From positions 7,572,954 through 7,636,953 of the forward strand of contig CM120644.1 in the NCBI GenBank assembly GCA_051362555.1: a stretch of DNA of 64,000 nucleotides, in the 5' to 3' direction. The position numbers and the translations under genes were made by a program. The notes beneath the pieces were generated by a model. It made no database searches. It saw nothing but the letters and a program-made list of their open reading frames with translations, and was not told the origin of the DNA. Position 1 is the first letter of the stretch; every line of letters begins with the position of its first letter. Shown piece by piece: positions 40,871 through 52,811 of the stretch. The stretch comes from Lingula anatina (taxonomy: Eukaryota; Animalia; Brachiopoda).

Positions 40871-41346
40871 ATTTTAATATCGTATATTGAAAATGGATGT
40901 ATTTTATATTGGAAATTAATTTGAAATATTCTGATTAGACTGGACAAGATTCTCTACAGCCATTTTTTGCACCCCTGTAGTAACAGAACCAATTTAAATC
41001 AATTCCATTGGCATGAAGTCTCATTCAGTTACACATTGTATATTATTCAGAATTTCAGTTGTTTTGAAATATAGCTCTTATACATGTACAATGTAGTATA
41101 CATGTTCTGAAAATTGAAATTCAAAATAGGAACTTGGGTAAAAAAAGAAAATAAAAAATAATGTGATCATAATAATGTTATTGTCGGGTTTCTATTGGGT
41201 TGCAACAAGTAAGTGGATAAATACTGATACCGGTAGGTATGATACATGATAGCTTTATATAATCAGAAGTATTCAATAATAAAAATCATTTAACTTCAAT
41301 CCGAGTACCACTGCACTGGAGACGGAGTTTGTGGGCGAATGTACGT

Positions 41347-41508
41347 GTGTAACGAAACTGAGGGTCCGTGTAACAGAATACCCGCCCTCCATATAGTTAT
41401 AATGGTTAGGGTTAGCTTGGTCCAATTGGTTCAAATTCTTGGGCGAAAGTTACCTGTACAAATGAATGGGAAGCAGACTCTCTATCATGGGGGAGTCTCT
41501 ATCACCGG
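41347..41508 (+). mobile_element. MITE family C copy
   Basis: GTGTAACGAAACTGAGGGTC...GGTTAGGGTTAG...TGTACAAATGAATGGG...CTCTATCACCGG; direct repeat of 37215-37370. Confidence 0.65.
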
Positions 41509-42461
41509 CAGGCGGGCCCTGTCTGGGTGTGAGTGTGGGTGAGGGGTCCAGCGAATCCAGGGGTGGACCCAGGATTATTTGAAGGGGGAGGGGGGGGTCC
41601 GCGGATGCACCTTTGGGTAATTTCGTTACCCGTGAACGCAACTTTTTATTTCCCGAGATGAGTGAAACGTTCATTTTATTTAGCGTGACCCGTACAGCAC
41701 CCCATTCCAGTGATACGTGAATGCGGCTTTTTATTCTTCGCCCTTCGTGGAACGAAGTCATTTTATCCAGGATTTTCGAATCACATTATCAGCGAGATTT
41801 CCCGTGAACTGTATCAGAATTCTACCCAAAACGGACATGTGACATTTTAATACATTATAATATGTTAAACATATTATAACGATTAATTTCGTTTTTAATA
41901 ATGTCAGCAGAAATTGCCTTGATGGAATCTGAAGGAATTGAGCGGTTCTCAGACTGAAACGCCAACAAATAATGGAAGAGCGGGGTGAGTTTCTTGTAAA
42001 TACGCCTATACCATCTAACTTTTAAAAACTATGTATGTTACCATGGATGATTCACATTGCGTCAAGCGTTTCATACAGGTTAGGTTGACATACGACTCAG
42101 AAATATTTTATACCACAAAAGTGGCTTTTTGCAACATATACAAAATATTCATTTTACATTTTGAGGAAATCGATGTTCAGAAATCTCGCGTGAACGTTAT
42201 TGTGTTGGTAGTTAGTCAGTTAGTTCTCGCTTTGTAAATACAGTTATAATGATATATGATATTTACAGTAATCTTAGAATACAATACAAGAAACTGCTGC
42301 AATACGTGTAGTCTGTAACAGTACGCTGCTTAAGGATAGTTCCAACATGAATTGTTGTCTTTAAACTTATATCTCTGTTAAAATTGACACCTTATCTCCC
42401 TTACAACGTGCACGTGAGTGAGACCCAAAGCAACATAAAAAACAAAAGACGTACATAGATA

Positions 42462-44021
42462 TCAATCCGTTTTGTTCCTCTTCCTTAACTGAGGCTGTAA
42501 TTTGAGAACGTTTCTGCACAACATTTTGCAACAAAACAAAAGAAAGGCAGCAACACACACTGCAACCGTTAATAGGAAGATTATTACGTCTAGCAAGACA
42601 TACTGGTACCAGCTAAGTCTCTCCATCGCCTGAGAATGGAAATGCAACGTTCCATTGTTTCTGATAACATACTCAACCCAGTACATCAGTGTTTCCTTTC
42701 CGTCCATCGGCTGGTCACGAACAATTGCTGCTGCACGCTTAGCGTTGGCAAAATAGCTAGGATTATTCAGAACCTTCAATACAACTGCAGAGAAAGTAGA
42801 TTCTGTTAAATTGTAGAAGTCTAACTTCTCCCCCATTCCAAGACGTTCAACAAACTTTGTTGCGTGGCTAAATTGATCCAAGAACAGGGGTACGGCAACA
42901 ACAGGGACCCCATGATATAGCGCCTCGTGTGAACCACTAACTCCGCAGTGAGTGATGAAGAGGCGCGCTTTTGCGTGACCAACAAGGTCATTTTGTGGTA
43001 TCCAATTCATAACTTTCGTGTTATTTGCCAATCCCGAAATATCGGAATTATTGTTCCGCCATATAATCTTCTGCGGAAGTTGCGCCAAAACCCTGGCTAT
43101 TAATTCTGCTTTTTCTGACGTAAGTTCAGATACCTTCGACCCAAAACTCATGATAACGATGCCATGTTCCCCGGAAGATTCCACGAACTCTTCCAAATCT
43201 TTAGATAGGGGTTTTGCAGGACGAAAAAGGATACCCGACACAGTTTTTACCCAAGGAAAAACGGGACGGGGATAGTCAAACGCAAAATCTACGTTAACTA
43301 TCAGTATAGACAATCTGGAATAAGCTGTCATAAACGACAAGGACGTGTTGAGATTATATTTTTCTTTTGCGCCATTAAAAACAGCCGTGACATAGTACTT
43401 AAAATATACGGTTAACGTTAAACTCAGTGTGTTCATTAATCTCTCCCTAAAACCCATGTGATCCGAGCATCCTGCAAAAATATGTGGCGTGTAGGCAGGG
43501 TGTATAGGATAGATGGTCCAGTCGTTATCGAACCCCAAATTAGAATACCCGACTCCGGGGATGTTTAAATAATCCCTCAATACAAAACTTTCTATAGCAG
43601 CTACGTCATGAAACAGGAGGTGAAATTTTTTAGAAATCAAAGTGTTTAGTAGCTCTCTGTTCCCAAAAAGTGCATCCACAGTGCTACTGCTTTTCTCTAT
43701 CACTTTCTTGAAAATGTGAAAGGGATTATTGTGAACTTCAAGCATTTCTTCGCTGGAAATTGACAAAGCTTCAGTGTGTACCTTGACAGTTAACACCTCT
43801 ATCCCATTGGGTATATCCTTAAGATTAATGTCGGTTGTGATCAAGATGGTTACGCTGTGGTTTCTTGCTACCATCATTTGCCCAATCTTGATAATGTTCC
43901 TGAAACGGGAGCTGTACATTAGAGAGTACGGGTACATCAGAATGTTAGAACTGATGGCACCGCCGTAGAGGCTGATGAAGGCACCAAAGAGCAATAGAAA
44001 ACACACTTGCATCGCCGCCAT
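42462..44021 (-). CDS. UDP-glucuronosyl/glycosyltransferase (GT1, ER membrane), single coding exon, about 519 aa
   Basis: Uninterrupted ORF that extends to 44099; the likely start is MAAMQ at 44021, followed by a signal peptide. UGT signature WIPQNDLVGHAKARLFITHCGVSGSHEALYHGVPVVAVPLFLDQ, YWVEYVIR, WYQY..LDV, a C-terminal TM helix and a basic tail RKRNKTD. Confidence 0.95.
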   Translation of the reverse strand: MAAMQVCFLLLFGAFISLYGGAISSNILMYPYSLMYSSRFRNIIKIGQMMVARNHSVTILITTDINLKDIPNGIEVLTVKVHTEALSISSEEMLEVHNNPFHIFKKVIEKSSSTVDALFGNRELLNTLISKKFHLLFHDVAAIESFVLRDYLNIPGVGYSNLGFDNDWTIYPIHPAYTPHIFAGCSDHMGFRERLMNTLSLTLTVYFKYYVTAVFNGAKEKYNLNTSLSFMTAYSRLSILIVNVDFAFDYPRPVFPWVKTVSGILFRPAKPLSKDLEEFVESSGEHGIVIMSFGSKVSELTSEKAELIARVLAQLPQKIIWRNNNSDISGLANNTKVMNWIPQNDLVGHAKARLFITHCGVSGSHEALYHGVPVVAVPLFLDQFSHATKFVERLGMGEKLDFYNLTESTFSAVVLKVLNNPSYFANAKRAAAIVRDQPMDGKETLMYWVEYVIRNNGTLHFHSQAMERLSWYQYVLLDVIIFLLTVAVCVAAFLLFCCKMLCRNVLKLQPQLRKRNKTD

Positions 44022-44445
44022 TTCAGTAGATTGCGTCACGCAGCGAGATATCGAAGGTATTATGTTTCCTCCCTGCTTTAGAACTGGCTGAATGTGCACT
44101 ATTGTTATGGGTCACAGGTACAAAGAATAAAGTACCACTGATATTTAAACAGCACTGTGCTAATATTATTCAATGATGCTGTGGAAAACACTAGGTCCAG
44201 GTTACATTGGAAGCTAGGCCTACCACCGGCGTAACAAGAACATTGTAATCTAGATGACTGGTGCAAAAATTGCTCAAAATGTGGAAAAAGCATGAAACTT
44301 GGCACAAATGTTCTTGTCACGCCGGTGGTAGGCTTAGCTTCCAATATAAAACCCCTTGCTTTGCCCGATAAATAACGGTAAACGAGGAGCATGCTTTTGG
44401 TAACTAACTCTACTTAACTGTTTGTCAAAACGTCTGGTAGTTCAT

Positions 44446-44687
44446 CAGTGGACCCAGGATTATTCCAAAGGTGGGTATCCCCCCTCCCCCGTTGGCGTGG
44501 GGTTCGGGGCCCGCTGAAGAGCCCCGAGAAATTTTGAGGGCGAACGGTGACATTGGGTACGGTTTAGAACTATGATTCACCTAGTCAAAATTCTAATTCC
44601 AAGAGGGGACCATTGGTGTGATTTTTTTCAGAATTCGAAGGGGGTGGTCAGCACCCCCCCTGACCCCTCCCTCTAAATCCGCCACTG
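44446..44687 (+). mobile_element. MITE family D (GGATCCAGGATTATT...AATCCGCCACTG)
   Basis: Same internal sequence as 46892-47149 and 52289-52515; a fragment lies at about 41558-41610. Confidence 0.7.
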
Positions 44688-45619
44688 GAAACCCCTGCAG
44701 GAGAGGGTCGTGCGCAACTGGGTATATGTATTTTACCGGCCATGGAAGAGGTAGTTCAAAAAGAGCGACACAAACTTTGAGATAACCCTGCGTAAAAAAA
44801 TTATAATGAATACCCCACCATCATCCTGATGTTCTATTGTCCATTGCTTCCGGAAAAAATAAATAGTCATCAATACCGTAACGCAATTTATCAAAATATG
44901 AAAAAATGTGTTTTAAAATAAAAGTGATTGTTGTTTCGTGTCTTTAGTGAACTAGTGAATTTCCCTATCTTGTATTTCAGAAATACATTCCAATAAACTT
45001 CCTCGCAAGGTCAGCTAACACAAGGATGAATGAGTCCAACTGTAAATGTGATGGTGTGAAGTCAACGATATTGACAGTTCACGTTACCCAGTTATAGATA
45101 GAGATATCTATAGCAGGTAAAGGTGATCGTGTCTTTGTGTGTTTGTGACTAAAACAGTTGAAATACACCCAACACATTCGGTCTAAAAGCATGTAACATG
45201 TTAAGGAGCTAAACGTGCTGAGGAGCTAAACGCGTCGAAAAAAATGAGACAAAACAGGCACTTATAAATGTGTTTAGGAGCTAAACACTGTTTTTACAGT
45301 GCAGTGTATACGTCGACGCTTATTAGACTTTGACATTTAATTAAGCGACAAGTTTCACTGACGTTTGCCTCACCAAACACAAGCAATTATTTGTTATCCG
45401 GATTAAATAGTTCCATAATATGGTTTGTAACTGAGTTGGTTAAAAAAGTCTGGTCTAATATTTATGATCGGAGTTGTTAATTTCAGACAATTGCAAACGT
45501 TTCTGAAGCTCAGATGTGACAGGCAGGCGTGTTTGGTAGTTTCAAAATGAAGAAACAGACCCGGCACTGAAATTCTATAGGCCTATGTGCAATATTCTCA
45601 CGACTCCTATCCCCCTATT

Positions 45620-45913
45620 TAACTAGAAAAGCACTCATGGAGCGCAGACCTCCACCAAGGCAGAAAAGTCTCCACCCAATGCCGTTTCACCCCTAAATTT
45701 TCATTCTATAATGATTTTGCTTTTTGATTATTGATTGATTATTGATCCGGATCACCACCAAAAACTAACCACTTCTAAGTCAACCTATTTCTGACCTACC
45801 CTGAAAATTTTATCGAAATTCATCTATAACTTTTTGAGTTATGTTGATGACAAACAGACAGACAGACAGACAGACAGAAAGACATGGAAACATAACCTCC
45901 TTGGCGGAGGTAA
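45620..45913 (-). mobile_element. DINE-1/HINE-like short element with (CAGA)n
   Basis: AACTAGAAAAGCACTC...GAGCGCAGACCTCCACCAAG ... CATAACCTCCTTGGCGGAGGTAAT. Confidence 0.75.
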
Positions 45914-46418
45914 TAACAGCTAACACAAACTGAATTCTGGCATAACTGAGCTTTTTCGAACAATAAAATATTGTGATGTCTAGAATCGTTTGCATGAAGG
46001 GCTTACATCATTCACTGATCATTATATCAACAATGATAATCAGCATAATACATTAGACCTCAGTGTAACATACCCTGCCTGGTGAACGCTGTGTCCAGGG
46101 TAACTGAATAATTCTACCACGACGAAGCCAACATTAGACAGAGGCGTAGTATAACTATAATACATGGCGTGTGCGTTAGTCCGTGACTTCCTACGTGGTA
46201 AAAATAGCTGTGTATTACTATTGCCTGTATAACGACAGTGGCCACGACAGCCACCGTCTTAGATAAGTCAGACTAGCATTGTTTTTAGACTGTTCCAGAA
46301 AGCGGTTGTTTGACTATCCCAAAGCTGCGTTTTCACCGACTTCAGCGGCCAGCAAAGTGAGCGGTTTGTCTGTTTGATTGCAATATAGCAACATAACCCA
46401 GACCATTGAGAGCACTCT

Positions 46419-46598
46419 AATGGGCCATTCAGAACAGTGGACTAACCAGTCCGAGGGTCAAATATGGCCCACCCACTTGAATACTTCCCCATGGGGAATC
46501 TATTCCGTGTCTATTAGCGGATTAGACGGCAAGCTTTGTAGTAGGTCGCCATATTTGACCCTCGGACCAGTTAGTTCCCTATTCTGAATGGGGCTTTA
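46419..46598. mobile_element. Palindromic MITE, about 180 bp
   Basis: The arms CCATTCAGAACAGTGGACTAACCAGTCCGAGGGTCAAATATGG and CCATATTTGACCCTCGGACCAGTTAGTTCCCTATTCTGAATGG are near-complementary. Confidence 0.7.
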
Positions 46599-46891
46599 TA
46601 TTATTCCTAGAGATTATTTAAAACACACTGCACTGAGTCGGTCCTGAATGCGGCCAGTGGCACCCAGTGGCACTCACTCGCACGTTATACGTAGCGTCAA
46701 GACGACGGACAGCTGGGTTGTTCATTTCTGAACTGGTAACCATTAAATTGTGAGCAGCAGAAAAAAAATAGTTGATCATGAGTCAGCCAGGGACGTATTT
46801 GTGAATGTTAGTGAAAAATTAGTCTGTCCTGGTAGAGGGTAACATTAAGGCCTGGGAAAGATATTTCGACGGGTTGTGCAAAGACATACAG

Positions 46892-47149
46892 AGGGGCGGA
46901 TCCAGGTTTATTTGAAGGGGGGTAGGGTCTGCGGATGCGAAGCTGACCCCCCCCCCCCCTTGACGTGAGGTTCGGGGCCCTTTAGCGGGCCCCGAAAATT
47001 TTTGGTATTTTAGAGGGCGAACGGTGCCATTTTGTACGGTTTAGAACTATGATACACCTAGTCAAAATTCTGATTCCAAGAGGGGACTATTGGTGTGATT
47101 TTTTTTCAGAAATCAAAGGGGGGGTCAGGACCCCCTTAATCCGCCACTG
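46892..47149 (+). mobile_element. MITE family D copy
   Basis: AGGGGCGGATCCAGGTTTATTTGAAGGGG...TTAATCCGCCACTG. Confidence 0.75.
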
Positions 47150-48060
47150 CCTACATGCCGACAGCTATGAAACTAGCTGTTACCCTCCTCGCGTTTTTGA
47201 ATTGCTAAGGGCGTTTATATTTATTAACTCTGTCGTGTGGCATTTGACATAGGTTTTAAGGTGACACTGTATATTGCTGGGCAGACAATGGAAAACACCC
47301 ATTTTGAATTTTTTCTCAGGTCGGTGTCACATCAGCGTGTATTCCAGTCTAGCATCGTAACGGCGCAGATTAAGGTGCGTACATTTAGCAGTGGTTGTTA
47401 TGTTTAATACATCATTATAGCTTGAATAATACTTGTAGAAAACAGCTTTAATCTAACTTGCAATATGAATCACGTAGATACAGGGTTATTACTAAAAGTA
47501 TGCCGGGATTTTGCCTGGGTTTCAGAAGGAGAGGTCACAAGGAGGCCTCAATATTTATAAAACATTAACACTGATGTAGGAACTTGATGTTGACTATTAA
47601 AAAATTGTCAGTGGGGGGAAAGGGTCAAAAATAATGTGCTTGGTTCCCCGAGCGGTCGCAAGGCGGATGTAACAGGGCTTAAAGCACAAGTTTAGAATAA
47701 AACCCATGGGAGCTAGTTGTCTCCCTCGTACTGGACTAGCTACGTATGTAAATACTTCCAAGATCTGACAGTGAAGATCTACTTTTGTTATCGATCCAAA
47801 ACATCTCCCGGATGACAGCTAGCGTTTCTCTCTTCAAACCACATCGTGAAATTTCTCAAATAGGCCGCACTGCGACGCACAGAACCTCAATCGATTTTAG
47901 CATTTTTTCATCACATTTCTTCCGTGCTAGTTGAGTAACCTTAGATATAGCCACACAAAAATTAGATTACAATGTAAACGACTCGCCAAGCTGAACTGGC
48001 ACACGATTGAAGCGGTGGTATTCCTAAAAATCCTCTCATACCCTTTCTTTTCTCTTCAAG

Positions 48061-48331
48061 ATGGCTACCGAAAAGACAGGAGAGACGTCGACGGACTTGT
48101 ATTCTCAAGTTATCATTCGTCCTGCTAAGAGGGCCGACCTTGACGAGCTCTTCACGTTGACGGATCAAGTGGGGTGGGACGTTTCGAAAGAATTGCTGAC
48201 CGCTTTGTTCGATTCATTGGAAGAGGGCCACTACATTGTGGCTGATCTTCACGGGAAAATCATAGGTATCATGTTCCTCGTATTTGTTCTAGCTTCTTTG
48301 TATTGGTGCGCTTAGATTAAGTATCAGATTG

Positions 48332-48376
<45 letters not shown>

Positions 48377-50659
48377 AGGTTTTATCCGACCATTTTTTTT
48401 TTTGGGGGGGGGGGGCTAGGGTTGTTTCGGGCCAACTTCGCGTAACAAAATTACATGTGTATTTTGAAACTATTTTCATTAGGTTCACGATTTGTGGTCG
48501 TTCTGGACGAAAACACGGTCATGTTCGACTTTCTGATAGTGGATAAGAAATACAGAGGGAACAGAATAGGTATGTAAATCATATAATACCAAAATAATAA
48601 TAATATCATTTCTAGTTCAACACTTTGCGCTTTTACCGATTAAGAAAAGGTGAAATATATGTCTGCCGTCGTCTGATGGCTTGCTCTTCTTATACATATG
48701 TATTTACATGACCTTCCTGCCGGTGTATAATTCAGTTCAATAAATACATATTAGTGATATAATATTTAGATGTTGCTTTAACGTGTATACAGGCCTACCC
48801 AACTACCAGCCTCGGCACATAAGGATCTTGAATTAACCGGTTTATCGGACCTCACTACCCGTTTTCAAGGTGTGTGTCAGATCGCATTTCGGAGTATTAG
48901 TCAGAACACCGACAGGATGAGCCCGCGGTGGTCCTACAAAAATTGTTCTGGGGTATGATACTCCGAAATGCGATCTGACACACACCTTGAGTGTGGTCCG
49001 ATATACCGGTTAATTCAGGATCCTTATGTGCTTAGTCTGGTAGTTGTGTAGGCCTGGTATAGAAGAGCTTGAGACTGGGTTCCCATACCTAGATCGATCT
49101 AACAAGATCGATCCACCTCCAAGTGGCTTCTGGCTAAATAGCTCTTAGGGACCATTCCCAGACCCTATCGTACTAACTGTAGATCGATCTATCTCCAAGG
49201 GGATTCTCTCTAAATTGCAATCAACTTAAGCGGTTTGGATGTCTGTCACGCCTACCGAAGCTGCTAAGAGGTAATTATTTATTGTTTAGCAGCTTCAGTA
49301 GGCGTGCCAGACATCTAAGCCGCTTAAGCTAAAAGCATATAAGCGGGAATCCCCTTGGAGATGGATTGATCCTGTTAGATCAATCTAGGTATGGGAACCC
49401 AGTCTTATAATACATGGCAGCTAATGGGACTTAAATTTTTTAATGAACTGCTTGGCCTGCCAAGCGTGACACACTGGCTGTCTCCGTATATCCGTCTCTA
49501 ACTTCAACAAAATAAAATGTAAGTTAATGTCATCCAATGCCCCATTTACATAATTCCAAGATGCATGAATCACCATCCGCCCTACTCTATTGATAATCGG
49601 GGTCTTATAGTCACTAAACCAGTCAGTAATTGAAAATAATATGGGCCTTCATTATGTGGCTATACAAAGGCTCACTACGGACGAGTGTAAACACCGACTG
49701 AGTAGGCCCTACTTGCCTAGCTACTTTATATCATCTTCATAAATTAAAGAAATTAGTAACAGCTAGATTTGTGATGAGAAAAGAAAAGCAAGCGCCTTTT
49801 GACAGTTATCACCTTACTGATATTTATTAACCTTGGCATACTTTTAAAACTTTTCTGCAGTGAGATGGCAAAATGTAGCGCATATTTTTTTTAATTGCGA
49901 GCAAACGGAGATCTCTCTTAAGAATACAGTAGGCCCCTATATGTATAAATATTATAATCATTTAATTTATCCTTTTCCTTATACCTACTGACAATCCATT
50001 TCTCTATTTTAGCCAAGAAGATAGCCGATGCCACTTTGAAGATTGCTGGAGAAAGAAACGTTGTGCTGTGGTCTGTTCCTGACAGGATAGAACTTAATAA
50101 GAAAGTGGGCATGAAAATTGGAGGCGGAAACCTGTATTTCTGTGACGGCTTTTTTGATCCGGAGACTTTGTACGTAGATAAACAGCACGACGCAGCTGAA
50201 GTCAAAGTTGTTTCGGCAAGTGAGGTCGACTTCGAAGCGTTGCTTGCTTACGATACTTCCATTATTACCTTTCAACGGAGGAAGTTTCTGAAAGTTTGGC
50301 TGGCAAAACCATCAGCTATTGCGTTTGTGGCTCTCACAGATGGCGGTGAGATCGTGGGTTATGGTCAGGTGCAAGAAGCGCCGCATGCCTACTTCATTTC
50401 ACCGCTTTATGCTGATACCCCTTCTGCATTCATGATGCTACTTAAAGCAATCATTGAATCTATTCCGAAAAATTCCAAGATATTCATGATTATGAATGTC
50501 GATTATGTAGCCTGGGCAGAGGTTCTGAAAAGGAACAAGGACAAGATAAACGTATACCCAGAAAACCCTATCCAGATGATGTATACTAAAGAAAATTTGG
50601 TAATGCCCAAATTTTCCAGCGTTTTCGCCATATCTTGCACCGGTGCATATCCTGCGTGA
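48061..50659 (+). CDS. Tandem-GNAT N-acetyltransferase, YitH/HolE-like, about 312 aa, 3 coding exons
   Basis: Exons 48061-48265, 48483-48569, 50013-50659 (939 nt, phases 1,1, TGA). GNAT N-terminus IIRPAKRADL...VGW; acetyl-CoA motif A IVDKKYRGNRIAK; second domain LLAYD...RRKFLKVW...GEIVGYG...ISPLYAD. An acceptor directly before the ATG implies an upstream UTR exon (candidate 47320-47374). AATAAA at 51005. Confidence 0.8.
48787..49060. mobile_element. Long foldback element, about 270 bp, in GNAT intron 2
   Basis: Arms of about 125 bp pair extensively, e.g. CAAGGTGTGTGTCAGATCGCATTTCGGAGTAT with ATACTCCGAAATGCGATCTGACACACACCTTG. Confidence 0.8.
49070..49407. mobile_element. Palindromic MITE family B
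   Basis: AGACTGGGTTCCCATACCTAGATCGATCTAACA ... TGTTAGATCAATCTAGGTATGGGAACCCAGTCTTA. Confidence 0.8.
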
Positions 50660-51360
50660 AGGGTGACAGCGACACCAATGGCGGGACATTGCCTAGCTAA
50701 TGAGACTTGCATGTCCAAATGTATAGATGTTACATTTATATACAAAAATATCAAGAAATACATATACATGTAATACATGTATGTCTTGGACATAACAGCA
50801 GCATATTTGTGTTACGTATTCAGATTTGGTCATAAATGCCTCTAATCTATGTATAGCTGTTAGATAGGTACACAAGGATAGTTATTAATCTATAAATATT
50901 TTGCAGTTGGGTACTTTTGATACTCCTTCCATCCCATTGGTCTTTGATTTTCAATGTATTGCTCAATAATATCGTGTAACCTTGAACAATGTCTCTGCTG
51001 TTCTAATAAATTAAAACCTCATCGGTGAAAATTTGAGCTAATCTCATTCTTTCATGCAATGCAATATTTCTCATCCCTCAAAAAAAAAAAAAAAGTATGA
51101 CGCAGTCGTGTTGCCTTATATCCGTAAGGAGAAAAAATTCATTGCGCAAAGACAATGACGCGAAGATGACACGATTTGACAAGCTGTTCTCACAATGGCC
51201 TTTGGGAGGCAACTCACGAAGTCGATGACGAAATTGCTGACGGAGCCCCCACCGCCGGACATACGATGGCCTAATGTCATCACAAAGGACCCATGCACGT
51301 TTAGAGCCGACTTTGAAATTTTGCATTGTCGCGTTAAATTGCGTCTATTCCCATACTTTA

Positions 51361-51513
51361 CCGGTGTAACAAGAATGGTAGACCGATAGGAACTGAAGTC
51401 TGTTCCCCATTACTTTTACTAGCCCCAATATTCCTAACCGACTAACCCTAACCTGTACTATTCATATGGGATCCCAGACTTTCATTCCTGGGACTACTAT
51501 TCCTGTATCACCG
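51361..51513. mobile_element. MITE family C-related element
   Basis: CCGGTGTAAC start, internal CTAACCCTAACC, ends ATCACCG. Confidence 0.5.
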
Positions 51514-52288
51514 CCCTGTCAGCTGGCTAAGTGTTGATCGTATGGTTTACCAGCCAGAGCTCGAGTATGCCGACTGTTGTTTTCAAATAATGAACTTCGA
51601 GCTAGAATAAAGATAAAACCTATAATTTCATCCAATAAACAAGAAAAGCACTGTGCAGTCCCCGACCATGTTACCAGATAGGAACGTAGTAGTTTTGACT
51701 AGCATAATGTGAATTTTATACGTCATTGAAACGGGAAATTGATTAAATAAAAATTTCACACACTTTAAAAAGTCGTTTATAAAAAATTTATACCTAAATT
51801 ATTATTAATAAAAGAGTCTATCCTACGTAGTAAAAGTAGAAGTATATTCCATAATCTAGGTGCAGCGGCTTAAAAGAATCGTCACCATATGTGACAAGTC
51901 TAGCCCCACACATGTTTAGAGTAAATGGTCAGGACTGGGTAATTAAAAAAGAAGAAGAAGAAGAAATAGAAAAAAGGAAATATTTCGAACAAAAGTCAAT
52001 AACTAACTTAAATAATTTATATTATGTTACGATAAAAACAAACATATGAAGAAGTTTTATTATGTTTTGCATGAGCATGTAGGCCTACATACAAAAACCT
52101 ATATATCATGTCAGGCGATTTTTTTTCTACGAGAAAATTGCCTTCTTAATTCAATCTGTGGAATTTTCAATCAAACGAAATATTTGCATCTCTCTTCCGC
52201 ATCCCTATACTTAGTGCCGTCTGATATCAGATGCTTCAAAAATACTGTATAAATATTTACATACTGTAACAGAATATTAGGGCAACCC

Positions 52289-52515
52289 GTGGTCGGACAG
52301 GGGCGGATCCAGGATTATTTGAAGGTTGGGGGGGGGGGGGGGGGGGGGGGGGGTACGTAGGTCCGCAGATGCGAAGCGCCAACTCCCCCCCCCCCCCAAC
52401 TTGGCGTGGGGTTCGGGGCCTGCTGAAGGGGCCCGAATTTTTTGGTATTTTAGAGGACGATGGGTGCCATTTGCTACGGTTTAGAACTTTTATTTAGCTA
52501 GTCAAAATCCTAATT
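52289..52515 (+). mobile_element. MITE family D copy (3'-truncated)
   Basis: AGGGGCGGATCCAGGATTATTTGAAGG followed by the same internal blocks as 46892. Confidence 0.65.
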
Positions 52516-52753
52516 TCATGCATAATGTGGATAATTTTTACAAATAGTTTGAAGACAACTTCCCTCTTTTGTCCCGTTTCTATTTAATTGTAACATAATA
52601 TACAATAAAAAATAGTTGTTGACTCACCAGAATTTGGAAGCAGCTAACAGTTACTAAAAACAAAGGCATTGTTTGTATCGATGGATATTAAACTTTGTAT
52701 GACAGTCTAACAAAGAGGAATGTAGGCCTATGACGTCGAGCACGTACTCACAT

Positions 52754-52780
52754 AGTTGGACCGACGGACAACAAATAATG

Positions 52781-52811
<31 letters not shown>

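Noticed and set aside
44022-44099. N-terminal 26-codon extension of the UGT ORF
   Set aside because: It starts at a non-ATG codon and precedes a good Met plus signal peptide at 44021; probably UTR or intron.
42462-50659. Bacterial contamination or a recent horizontally acquired operon
   Set aside because: The GNAT gene has spliceosomal introns, the UGT has animal ER-type topology, and host MITE families are interspersed throughout.
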